From contig OU015570.1 in assembly GCA_907165135.1 (NCBI GenBank), positions 2,852,376 through 2,916,375 on the forward strand: a stretch of 64,000 nucleotides of DNA, in the 5' to 3' direction. A program made the translations under genes and the position numbers. The DNA comes from Oikopleura dioica (Eukaryota > Animalia > Chordata). Every line of letters starts with the position of its first letter. The first letter of the stretch is position 1. Of this stretch, positions 1-9,219 are shown in pieces. The notes under the pieces are model-generated. The model ran no database searches. It was not told where the DNA came from and saw only the letters and a list, made by a program, of their open reading frames with translations.

Positions 1-213
1 CGGCAAATTGAGAGGGCTTTTCCTCGGAGAATTTGCTGTAAAGCTTCGATTGTCTCGTAAGCTCTTAAGTTTCGCATCGATCTTGGCCTGCTTCTCCTGT
101 TCTTGTTTTGCCTTGTTCTCGTTGGCTTTCAGTCGTTGTTGCTTTTTCTTTCGCATGTATTCTTCTCTCTGCTTGGCAACGTGAACTGATTCATCTCCGA
201 CGACTAAAAGCAT
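1..213 (-). CDS. Partial ORF/exon running off the left edge, charged coiled-coil-like protein
   Basis: Own translation from ATG at 213: MLLVVGDESVHVAKQREEYMRKKKQQRLKANENKAKQEQEKQAKIDAKLKSLRDNRSFTANSPRKSPLNLP, with no stop in 71 codons. No family motif. Confidence 0.35.
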   Translation of the reverse strand, partial: MLLVVGDESVHVAKQREEYMRKKKQQRLKANENKAKQEQEKQAKIDAKLKSLRDNRSFTANSPRKSPLNLP

Positions 214-330
214 CAATTAATAAGTTTTCAAATTTTCAACCTTTTAAAAGACTGGTGCGGCAATAACAAGCGAGTTCAAGAACGCAATGAATCGATTACC
301 AACAATTCCGTTGAAAATGAAAATAGTATA

Positions 331-789
331 TTGACGCAGTCTGGTCATAGAAAAAAGCCGAATGCAGAAAATTTTATCTCGCGATTGTATAACCACAAAT
401 ACAGTAACATGCAAAACGAAATGTCGATTATGGAAGGAAAATCAAAGCTGCCACTTTACAACAACCACGACCTCTTAAAGAGGTTTACTAGAGGAAACGC
501 GCTCCGCCGCCTTCACCAATGTACTCGACGACTATGCGGTTCAATATACAGTCTTACGGAAGCGGATATTTTGAATGTTCAACGACATATTCGTAATGCA
601 TGCAGTGATATATTTAACGCAGACAGTATTTCGACCAGTGCCCTTATCAATCAAGAAGCATTCATAGCCTACATGAAGAAAATTCCTAACGACGTGTATA
701 AATCGAAGCTCGAAAAACAGTTAAGTTATATTGGTGATCCTGTTTTCAAAAAGAAAAAAAAAAGAAACTCAAAATTTCGAAGAAGATGA
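331..789 (+). CDS. Probable N-terminal part of the Ulp1-like protease ORF
   Basis: 152-aa ORF overlapping the next ORF across an A-run at about 758-767. Removing one A fuses them (…DPVFKKKKKKETQNFEEDD…). Confidence 0.4.
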   Translation: MTQSGHRKKPNAENFISRLYNHKYSNMQNEMSIMEGKSKLPLYNNHDLLKRFTRGNALRRLHQCTRRLCGSIYSLTEADILNVQRHIRNACSDIFNADSISTSALINQEAFIAYMKKIPNDVYKSKLEKQLSYIGDPVFKKKKKRNSKFRRR

Positions 790-1648
790 TGAAATCAAGG
801 AAGAGAAACCTGACTCGGCGCAACGAAAAATCACAGATTTCTTTGGTAATAAGTCTGGAGCATTTGTCAAACCTGCCAAAACTGATGTCGTCGACGAGCA
901 AAAAGATCCAAAAGTCGTCATTCTCCATCCAGATCCTGAGCCATCGGTCAAATCGACATCTGAAATTGGGAAACTTAAGTTATCGTCTGCTTTGCAAAAA
1001 GAAGTGAATCGACATCTCAAGAAAAAATTGAGAACAAAAAAGTCGAAGGAAACATGTATTGCAACGATAAATGGCTATGACTTAAGATGTGAAATTTTTG
1101 CTGATCTAAAGCCGAGAGTTGGCCTGAGCGACAGAATAATTGATATTTACTCGAGTATCCTGGAATCTGAAGCTGACAAACTTGGAAAATCATTATTAAT
1201 CAAAAGCGCTCTTTATTTCACTCAAATTAATGCTGGGATGCCATCTGGAGCTTCAGCGAATCCTCATCTTTCAAACGAAATATATATGCCGATAAAATGC
1301 AGTACACGTTGGCATTGGCTTCTGTTACGAATCATTCCTAATACGAAGAAAATGATCATTTATGACAGCTCAATACTCGAAAGTCTAACTGAAGAAGTGC
1401 ATAGAGATTATACTGACATTTTCTCGACAGTCAAAAACCGTTATCTGTATGCGTTCAAATCCGAATGGAAGGAGGAAATCGCTGATTGTCCGCAACAAAA
1501 AGCAGGGACCAATAATTGCGGATGTTATACACTTATGGCGATGCGCTGGCTTATTTTTGATGAATATAACGAGGAATCGATCACTCCGCGAGAAAACTTA
1601 CGAAAAAAAATTGGAGAAGAACTTATCGCTGGCCGTCTTCTTTTTTAA
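731..1648 (+). CDS. Ulp1/SENP-like peptidase (family C48), intronless
   Basis: Catalytic motifs in the expected order: His in RWHWLLLRI, Asp in IIYDSS, oxyanion Gln and Cys in CPQQKAGTNNCGCYTL. Confidence 0.8.
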   Translation: MVILFSKRKKKETQNFEEDDEIKEEKPDSAQRKITDFFGNKSGAFVKPAKTDVVDEQKDPKVVILHPDPEPSVKSTSEIGKLKLSSALQKEVNRHLKKKLRTKKSKETCIATINGYDLRCEIFADLKPRVGLSDRIIDIYSSILESEADKLGKSLLIKSALYFTQINAGMPSGASANPHLSNEIYMPIKCSTRWHWLLLRIIPNTKKMIIYDSSILESLTEEVHRDYTDIFSTVKNRYLYAFKSEWKEEIADCPQQKAGTNNCGCYTLMAMRWLIFDEYNEESITPRENLRKKIGEELIAGRLLF

Positions 1649-1734
1649 AATTTGTATCTTACCTTATTTTTTGTCCAGTAAACAGTCCGATTCTGTCGAG
1701 TAAATTAGCGTTCCGTTATCAGCGCAACAGCCTC

Positions 1735-2267
1735 TTAAATTTGAAATAAATCCACTTGATCATCAATAGCAACGAACCTAGGCGACTGGGCTACAGAATG
1801 AACCTCTCGTAAGCTCTTCAAGTCGTAGATATTGATCTCGCTTGCTTTCATGTCTGTCCGTAGTTTCTCAGCTGGAATTGTTACTGGAATGATAGCGAGT
1901 CGTTTAGAGAGATTGGTACGAGAAAAAATGACGGTTTTGGAGAAAGTAGCGATGAATATGCGGAAGCTATCAATTGCGATTGCAAAAATAGCTGTCGATG
2001 TCGAAAGACTTCTGAAAATATAGTCAGATCTGTGTGTCTCGATATTGAGTACCTGTAATTGTAGCTCCTTCCCTTCTTCATTCAGCCGCCAAAGTCGAAT
2101 TCTTCCATGCACGTCTGCAGTAAACAGCTCATCTCCTTCCATAACCATGTCTGAAATGCTTGCCCGTTGTCCGTTCGCGACCAAATCAGTGGTAAAAACA
2201 CTCTTGTCAGGAAAAACGGCAAGGATGGAACCAAAGGTAGTGCCGACAAAAACAAGACGGTGGCTTT
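1735..2267 (-). CDS. Terminal exon of a WD40/beta-propeller-like protein
   Basis: The ORF-track 149-aa frame stays open upstream to a tttcttaaaattcAG acceptor at 2268-2269. It adds SHRLVFVGTTFGSILAVFPD before ISDMVMEGDELFTADVHGRIRLW, a WD-repeat-like pattern. Confidence 0.45.
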
Positions 2268-2679
2268 CTGAATTTTAAGAAAGGTTGATCCATCTGGATC
2301 ACCTGAAAATTAATAGAAAAATGATAATTGTTAAAAGAAACAAAAAATAATGAATAGTAAAGAGGAAACAAATGAATATATCGTGATCTTCTTATATTTC
2401 CTCTTTTATATTCTTCATTTTTCTTCTCTGATCTTGAATTCTGAAAGAAAAATGGCTTTGCGAAGCCTCGCCCAATCGGAGCATAGCCCGCCCGAATTCA
2501 AAAATTTTACTTGATTTCGTGAAAAATCAGGAAAACTGAATATTTTGCCTCAAAATTATTTTACTGACTTCAAAAATTATTTTAATTTTAAGATTTTATG
2601 CGTCGAGAGGGGGGTTAAGTAGAAATTGTAAGAGTCGATATTTTCAGTTTTTGATTTTTGAGATTTTTGACGGCAATTT

Positions 2680-2807
2680 TTCCTGGTTTGGTAAAAATCA
2701 TGGTTTGGTAAAAATCCTGATTTGGTAAGACTCTAGAATCTTTACCAAACCAGGATTCTTACCAAACTATGATTCTTACCAAACCAGGAATTTTACCAAA
2801 CCAGGAA
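2680..2807. repeat. Foldback array of a 17-bp unit
   Basis: Three CCTGGTTTGGTAAAAAT-like units, a TCTAGA centre, then four inverted units (…TTACCAAACCAGG). A separate 18-bp inverted pair ATAAAAAAACTGGGCCCT/AGGGCCCAGTTTTTTTAT follows at about 2827-2940. Confidence 0.75.
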
Positions 2808-3612
2808 ACACCTTTCTGTTGGGCTTATAAAAAAACTGGGCCCTGTCCTCCTTTTTCGAGATATTTGATTTTAAAGGTAAGCTTCGAAAAATATTTTTCA
2901 AAATGACTCGTAACAGAAAGGGAGGGCCCAGTTTTTTTATCGGTTTAATAGAAAGCCCTTATCAAGACCTTTCGAATGAGCCCCTTCATGTTCCCGTACG
3001 ATGACCAGATAGTGAAAATCGTCTTTTTTACGTCCGAGGAGACACCATAAAGGAAGGTGATGTAGTAATTGTCGTAAATAACAAAACTCTTGGTCATGGG
3101 AACGCCAGTACAGGGCCGTATCTGGTTTTAAGGAATAATAACGGGGCCGTAGAGATAGAACATATGGTAAATGAAACCAGGTGCATCAGGAATGAGAAAA
3201 TGATTCGCAAATTGTTCATGACTGAGAACATGAAAGAGGCTGTGCGCAACCGCGCAGTCCGTCTCAGCGACGACGGAATTTTTATGATCAACGACAAGCA
3301 AGCCCCAGCGCCACTCGATCCAAAAACAGATCCTTTTGAACCCGACCAGTACTCAAATATTCACCAGAGAGCAACCCAAAATTCACAAAACAGAATCGAA
3401 CCCAATCAGGGGTCTGGATTCGCTTTGCGAATTCGCTCATGAGCGAAGCGAAGCGAAGCGAAGCGAATTCACTTCGCTTCGCTTTCGCTTTTTGTAATTT
3501 CAATTCGCTTCGCTTCGCTTCGCTTCGCTTTCGCTTTTCTCGAACTCGACGATGAAAATGTTGCCTGCGAAGAGCTCAAAATGAGATTCTAGGGCGAGCG
3601 CCTCAGGGCAGT

Positions 3613-3686
3613 GGCCGGTTAGCTCAGTTGGTTAGAGCGTCGTGCTAATAACGCGAATGTCGCGGGTTCGATCCCCGTACTGGCCA
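3613..3686 (+). tRNA. tRNA-Ile(AAT): tRNA-Ile (anticodon AAT)
   Basis: GGCCGGTTAGCTCAGTTGGTTAGAGCGTCGTGCTAATAACGCGAATGTCGCGGGTTCGATCCCCGTACTGGCCA: A and B boxes, cloverleaf, AAT anticodon loop, followed by TTATTTT. Confidence 0.92.
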
Positions 3687-3989
3687 TTATTTTGGAGGGT
3701 GAGATTTGAAATCTCAGATTTCAGTTTTTAACAGTTTAACATTTATTATCAGTTTTCAGAAAATCATAACCAACGGTTTCGGATTTGTGCAATTCGTAGA
3801 TTAAAGCAATCACTGTTTCATTATCAATTAATTTTAAAACGCTGGAGGATACAAATCATTCTGGTTCAAAAGAGAAATCATTTTACTAGATAACATTTGT
3901 TTCGAGATGCAGGGAGCATTCTTTATATTGCTTCTTATCAATCTTCTTATCTACCCCTTATAAAAATAGATCGAACCAAACCAAAAAAA

Positions 3990-4062
3990 TGGGTAATTCG
4001 GGACTCGATCCCTCAGCGTCTGGGTACAAATCCTAACGCTTTATCAACCTAACCAACTCGCC
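3990..4062 (-). pseudogene. Degenerate tRNA-like sequence (possible TTG anticodon)
   Basis: 73 nt with tRNA-like spacing, a B-box-like GGGATCGAGTCCC and a partial anticodon stem. The acceptor stem pairs poorly. Confidence 0.35.
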
Positions 4063-4538
4063 GTACTGCCCTAGGGCGCGTTTCCGCTTATCACTTTTCA
4101 TTTTGAGCCCATTTTCCTTCTTGATAATCACCGACCGTTGCAGGATAATAGAGTCCATCTTTCTGTCTCCTCGCAAGAACTTTCGTCTCTCGCAGAATCG
4201 CCGAGGAAGTGGGTACGTGATTGATCAGCTTTTTTACAGTGGCGTTGTACGCATCTTATCATTGTTTTCCTGTTTAACTAGCAAATGCCTGATCTTTACC
4301 TTTTGCGCCCGGTTGACAAGTTTATGTTTGCCCAGAGTTCAGAACTTACAGCTTTATCAAGTTTTCGATTCAATACAGTAACTGCTCATAAGTACAGTTG
4401 TGTCAACCGGGACCTGTAACGTTGACGACCTGGGCGGGCAATACAGTGGGTACAGTAGCAATCGGTCCCCATGGAGTTTGCTGGACAAAGATTTGACGAC
4501 CTGAAGTTAAAGATGAAGTTTTTAGCCTTGAAAACAAT

Positions 4539-4759
4539 GTGGATTTATTTCAAATTTAAGAGGCTGTTGCGCTGATAACGGAACGCTAATTTACTCGACA
4601 GAATCGGACTGTTTACTGGACAAAAAATAAGGTAAGATACAAATTTTAAAAAAGAAGACGGCCAGCGATAAGTTCTTCTCCAATTTTTTTTCGTAAGTTT
4701 TCTCGCGGAGTGATCGATTCCTCGTTATATTCATCAAAAATAAGCCAGCGCCATCGCCA
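4539..4759 (-). repeat. Inverted copy of 1536-1755 (3' end and 3' flank of the Ulp1-like ORF)
   Basis: About 220 bp reverse-complement identity by eye, with one extra base near 4751. Confidence 0.92.
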
Positions 4760-5046
4760 GTTCTTGAAATGGACGCTTTTTCAAAGGTTAAATATTTCCG
4801 GAAAATTTTCGCTTTTTTTCGCTTTTTCGAAAAATTTTTCGCTTCGCTTCGCTTTCGCTCACAAAATTTTGATTCGCTTCGCTTCGCTTTCGCTTAAAAT
4901 TTTTGAAAAATTTTCGCTTTCGCTTCGCTTTCGCTTTTCATTTTTGGCCAAAATCCAGACCCCTGACCCAATAATACGCCATCGAGATTTCATAACCCCG
5001 GATATGAACGGAATCTTAGACCGAGGAGAATAATAAATAATCGAGA

Positions 5047-7389
5047 ATGAGGCTTTTTCACCTTTTTCTTATAAAAGTAGATGGACAAACATTTTTTAAT
5101 AATGATACTAACACGTTGACGACGATTTTAGATACTGAAGTTTTAGTAACACTAGATGCAAAAGTTGTAGATATAAATGCTCATTTCGGATTTCCTAAAC
5201 TAGAAACTAAAAGCCAAGAATTGATGTGTATTAATGATACTCACAGACCAAATTTGAATTTAATTATTGCGGATAAAATTATGGATAGGTTAAGCGGGAG
5301 CATCGGAAACGAAAATGTTTGCCAAGAGAATTATTGTGAAAATTTAGCTGAAAACCACTTGAAAAAACGAGATTCAGTAATTCAAAAATTCGAAAATTTT
5401 CTAAGACCCTCGTCTCACTCGAATTTAAAATTGTTGAACAATAATTACATCGATAAAAATCATCATAATCCAGTTAAAAATCGGACATTATTACCTGGCA
5501 AAAGAGTGAGCGATTATGAAATATTTGGCATAATTCAGAGTACTTTTTCTGAAGGCGACGGTGAAATTATTCCTACTGAAAGTTTTGTTAACGTGCTCCA
5601 GGATAAGCTGAAATTAACGGTTTCGCCAAAGGTGAACCTGAAATGGGACGAGGACTTAAAAAATTGGCTATTGGGAAATATTTTGAATCCTTTTAGCGTT
5701 GGGAAAGAATGCATTATTGGGGCAAATGCAATTCTTATAGAACTTAAGGGGGTCATCACAGAAATAGGAGTTAATATAGGCATAGGCGCGAGCGAGTTAG
5801 AATATTTTAAATCCCCAGAAGGACAAGCTTTTATGGAAAATAATTTTAAAATCAGAATTGCACTTTTTATGGTCGATGAAAATAATCTTGAGAAAATCAA
5901 AAGAAAGGAGAGTTATAACCTAATGGGAAATTTTTGTAAAAAAACAATTTATAATTATTTGGCCATAACATGCTCAGACCCACTTAAGGGAGAAAACGTA
6001 CCAATTACAATGAGATCATTTCTAGTGGTTTCATTTGATACAACCGAAGAAGGATGCGCCAAAATAACGGAAACATTGGAAGGCAAGCATATTGCGCCAC
6101 CAAACGTATCGGCAAGATTGTTTCTGAATTCGAGAAAACGACGTCAGATAGGTATTGCACTTGCTGGAGCCGCTGCGGGGACTGGGTTAGGATACATCTT
6201 ACATAAAATGTGCGAAGGTGTTACGTCCAGAGGCGAGAAAAGAAATTCGTTAGTCGATCTATCGGATAATGACATTCAGAAAATTAAAGACCTAGAAATA
6301 GCTAACGGAAGGGAAATTCTCAAGCTTGAGACAAGTTTTTGCGAGATCCATAGAAATCGAGTCCGTTTATTTTACGATCAAATTGCAGAAAATATGGTAG
6401 ATAAGTATGTGGACACCCTTAATCTAGTTATTTCAAAAATGGATTTTAGACTGAAGGAATTATTTGTTAGACATTGCGAAGCTTTAAATCCAAAAATGAG
6501 CCCGAAAAACTGCTTAAAAATATTTAGCAAAGACCGTATTTCGATGAAAGGATTATTTAAGGACGAACTTGAAACTTTTAGTCTTATTATAAAAATCGAA
6601 TTTCGAGTGCCGATTGTCGTTTCGCATAATGTCCATAATGAATTAGAAATTCTACAAGGCGCGGAAGTAGTGGGAAATGATTTCCATCAAATGCAAATTC
6701 CAAAAGGCCATATTATTATGTCAAAGTCTTCCGTTCAAATTGCGCCCGAATGCAAAAAGACCGAAAATATTCTTGATTGCCCTCTAGAATTATTAAAAGA
6801 CGATAATGATGGCGCTAAATGCGTGGAATCCCTTATTTTTGGCAACAGATCGACGGTATTAAATTGTGAGGGAAAAACAGTAAGACAAGATTGCCGTTTC
6901 CAAATTGGAAAGGATGGAGCCCTCCTTTCAACAAAAACCAGTGCTAAGATAGTTACGGGAGAAAGTGACCTGATGAAAACAAAAGTTCTCGAAAAAGGCA
7001 CACATCTTCTGCCACCTAAAACGTTTAGCACCAACTCGGACGTCCTTATTTTATGTGATAGAAAAAGTCTTGTTATTCCGAAAAACTATTACGCTACAAA
7101 CTTCGACGTTTATTATAATTTAAGCTCCCACACAAATTACACATTTTCGCCGGAATTAGAATTTTTACCAGGTACAGGCAAAATTGAAAAATTTATAAAA
7201 AAGGTCGAAAATGTTAAGGGGATATCAACGATTTATAATCCAGTTTCATTTTTCATCATTTTGATCATTACAATAATTATATCACTTACGATACTAAAAA
7301 ACTTGCTTGTTTGTCTCCTAAAGACAATCGGTATGTTTTTTGGACTTAAAATAAGATCAAGGAAAAAGCATAAGATAAGAGCGCACTAA
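5047..7389 (+). CDS. env: Envelope/class I fusion glycoprotein of a gypsy retroelement, 780 aa
   Basis: Short hydrophobic N-terminus, furin site RKRR (6133-6144) followed by a Gly/Ala-rich fusion peptide QIGIALAGAAAGTGLGYIL, a heptad-like region, a Cys-rich ectodomain, a C-terminal TM (FFIILIITIIISLTIL) and a basic tail. It lies directly downstream of the integrase tail. Confidence 0.8.
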   Translation: MRLFHLFLIKVDGQTFFNNDTNTLTTILDTEVLVTLDAKVVDINAHFGFPKLETKSQELMCINDTHRPNLNLIIADKIMDRLSGSIGNENVCQENYCENLAENHLKKRDSVIQKFENFLRPSSHSNLKLLNNNYIDKNHHNPVKNRTLLPGKRVSDYEIFGIIQSTFSEGDGEIIPTESFVNVLQDKLKLTVSPKVNLKWDEDLKNWLLGNILNPFSVGKECIIGANAILIELKGVITEIGVNIGIGASELEYFKSPEGQAFMENNFKIRIALFMVDENNLEKIKRKESYNLMGNFCKKTIYNYLAITCSDPLKGENVPITMRSFLVVSFDTTEEGCAKITETLEGKHIAPPNVSARLFLNSRKRRQIGIALAGAAAGTGLGYILHKMCEGVTSRGEKRNSLVDLSDNDIQKIKDLEIANGREILKLETSFCEIHRNRVRLFYDQIAENMVDKYVDTLNLVISKMDFRLKELFVRHCEALNPKMSPKNCLKIFSKDRISMKGLFKDELETFSLIIKIEFRVPIVVSHNVHNELEILQGAEVVGNDFHQMQIPKGHIIMSKSSVQIAPECKKTENILDCPLELLKDDNDGAKCVESLIFGNRSTVLNCEGKTVRQDCRFQIGKDGALLSTKTSAKIVTGESDLMKTKVLEKGTHLLPPKTFSTNSDVLILCDRKSLVIPKNYYATNFDVYYNLSSHTNYTFSPELEFLPGTGKIEKFIKKVENVKGISTIYNPVSFFIILIITIIISLTILKNLLVCLLKTIGMFFGLKIRSRKKHKIRAH

Positions 7390-8176
7390 GAACTCCAAAT
7401 TCATTTTTAACAAAATCCTGACCTTAAATGCGCTATCAATTTACGCCATGTATCGAATCTTTGGTTGCGGAGGAGTCCTCCCAATCAACGAAAAATATTT
7501 TTTAATCGCAATCCTTTTATTCGACATAATTTTACTCAAGGCTCGCTTTTTCAGAAACAGCGATGAATAACTCTGGTGCGCCGCGAACTGCGCCACAAAT
7601 AAACCGTAGCCAATCACGAATCCTTATTTTGGGTGGAATCCTCCCGTAAAGTAAATCGTCAAATTTTTGAGTTACGGAGGAGATCTCCTTATGTTAAACT
7701 GCGTAGAAATTCCGATGAAGTTCAAACTTCAAAGACCTACCCAAAATAGATGCGGTAAAACAACCTTTTTCTCAGACTACAAATTTAACAACCAATTAGG
7801 GTCGTTAGCGTGGGAAACCAATTATCTTCGACTTCAAACAAAATGGCAATTAGCATATAAATTTAATGGTTACATCAATGAGAACGGAAATATCTTAAAA
7901 AGCTAGGATCTGAGCAACCTTTATAATCAGCAAAAATCCTCAGCACTTGTCGTAAGATCACATTTTGAGAGACAGAGAACAGAGACGAACATTTTCAAAA
8001 AGTAAGGATTTATTAACAACCCCAATTATCTATTCAAAAATTTTTGGAATTTTTACGGTTTTGACACCTATTTGAGAATTAAGACAAAACCCCGAATCCG
8101 GACAGACCGGACTTTTATTTTCGCCTCGAATTTAGAACCAAACTAGGATATTATTTTAATAGGATAAGACTGTGAA

Positions 8177-8941
8177 ATGGGAGAGTGGTCTTTTAGGCAA
8201 TTGAAAAAACGCTGGCCGAATAAAGAGCGGCGAGTTAGCCCAGCCAATAGGGAACTGTGGATGCTTCATGTGGGCATCATCCTTGAGCTTTGCAGGCTTA
8301 AGGAGAAATCCATGGATGAAATATTCATCCGCGATATGTCTCAACTCGGAGACCTTAGCGATATTATTGTCCCAACGATTAAATTTGGAATTCGTTTTGG
8401 AGAAACCGCAGTAATTAGAATTAATCTAATAAAAGGAAACTCCAATGAAATATTGGAAATTGAATTTAAACAATTGAATAGAATTTATTCCAACTTTTGC
8501 GACCAACTTTACGCCTTCGGCTGCGGACGAAATGCAGAAACGGTTCAAAAAATTAGAGATTCCCTAAATGGAAAAGTCACAAAGCATACTATTCATCCGG
8601 CAATGACTCGAGTTTTTCACGGCATATTACAGGAGAATGATAAAACAGTAGTTTCTATCAAAGCCAGATTACCTTGCTCTTGTAGTCAAAAAAGCCAATC
8701 TTTCGCGCTCGATTTGGCAGAACCCTATTTTGACGACAGAATCATTATCCCCGTGGCGACTAATAGTTTAAAACGGTCCATGATCTTTACAAAACTAGCG
8801 CAGGGAAACAAGTTCTTAGATCGCAATGAATATGAATGGACTAAAGCCAGAAGATTTGCGAAGGCAGTGAGACGAGAACTCACCAACGATGTAAATCGCT
8901 TCGAAGGGCTTATGAAGCCAATTTGGGTGACGTTTTCGTAA
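8177..8941 (+). CDS. Hypothetical protein, 254 aa (possible accessory ORF)
   Basis: ATG-initiated, uninterrupted ORF in AT-rich DNA, co-directional with env. No recognisable motif. Confidence 0.5.
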   Translation: MGEWSFRQLKKRWPNKERRVSPANRELWMLHVGIILELCRLKEKSMDEIFIRDMSQLGDLSDIIVPTIKFGIRFGETAVIRINLIKGNSNEILEIEFKQLNRIYSNFCDQLYAFGCGRNAETVQKIRDSLNGKVTKHTIHPAMTRVFHGILQENDKTVVSIKARLPCSCSQKSQSFALDLAEPYFDDRIIIPVATNSLKRSMIFTKLAQGNKFLDRNEYEWTKARRFAKAVRRELTNDVNRFEGLMKPIWVTFS

Positions 8942-9219
8942 AAATATTCCACTCACAGAAACTGGTTTCGGTTGAAGTAATTCTCGAAAACGAGGCCGAT
9001 CTTTTCAAAAGTGTGAATCAGTGGGCTCCCAGTAAGTCGAGGAAAGAAACAAAAGAGGAATCGAAAGTCATCAAACAAGTCGAGCATTGCCGAATTTGTG
9101 AAAATCTTACTTTTGCGGCCGATTTTGTGAAAACCATTTGGTCAAAAATCATCGAATTCATTTTTAAATTACTCAGCTTTCTACTTTTTCCGATAAGACA
9201 AATTTTCTTTGAAAATTAA
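8923..9219 (+). CDS. Hypothetical protein, 98 aa
   Basis: Overlaps the previous ORF. Has a CxxC (CRIC) and a hydrophobic C-terminus, and a TTG start only. Confidence 0.3.
   Translation: MGDVFVKIFHSQKLVSVEVILENEADLFKSVNQWAPSKSRKETKEESKVIKQVEHCRICENLTFAADFVKTIWSKIIEFIFKLLSFLLFPIRQIFFEN

Larger units (their letters stand above)
3407..4965. mobile_element. Non-autonomous DNA transposon (Pack-type), 1559 bp
   Basis: Perfect 14-bp TIR CAGGGGTCTGGATT (3407-3420 / 4952-4965), 7-bp TSD ACCCAAT (3400-3406 / 4966-4972), and (GCGAA)n/(TTCGC)n subterminal arrays at both ends. Excision restores the host reading frame. Confidence 0.85.
3041..5050 (+). pseudogene. pol: C-terminal fragment of a Ty3/gypsy integrase, interrupted by a TIR element
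   Basis: 3041-3406 reads DTIKEGDVVIVVNNKTLGHGNASTGPYLVL…EPN (GPY/F module). Removing 3407-4972 restores the frame: NTPSRFHNPGYERNLRPRRIINNRE*, with TGA at 5048-5050. Confidence 0.75.

Noticed and set aside
5535-7034. Antisense ORFs inside env (and similar ones inside pol)
   Set aside because: Shadow frames of long coding sequences with no motifs.
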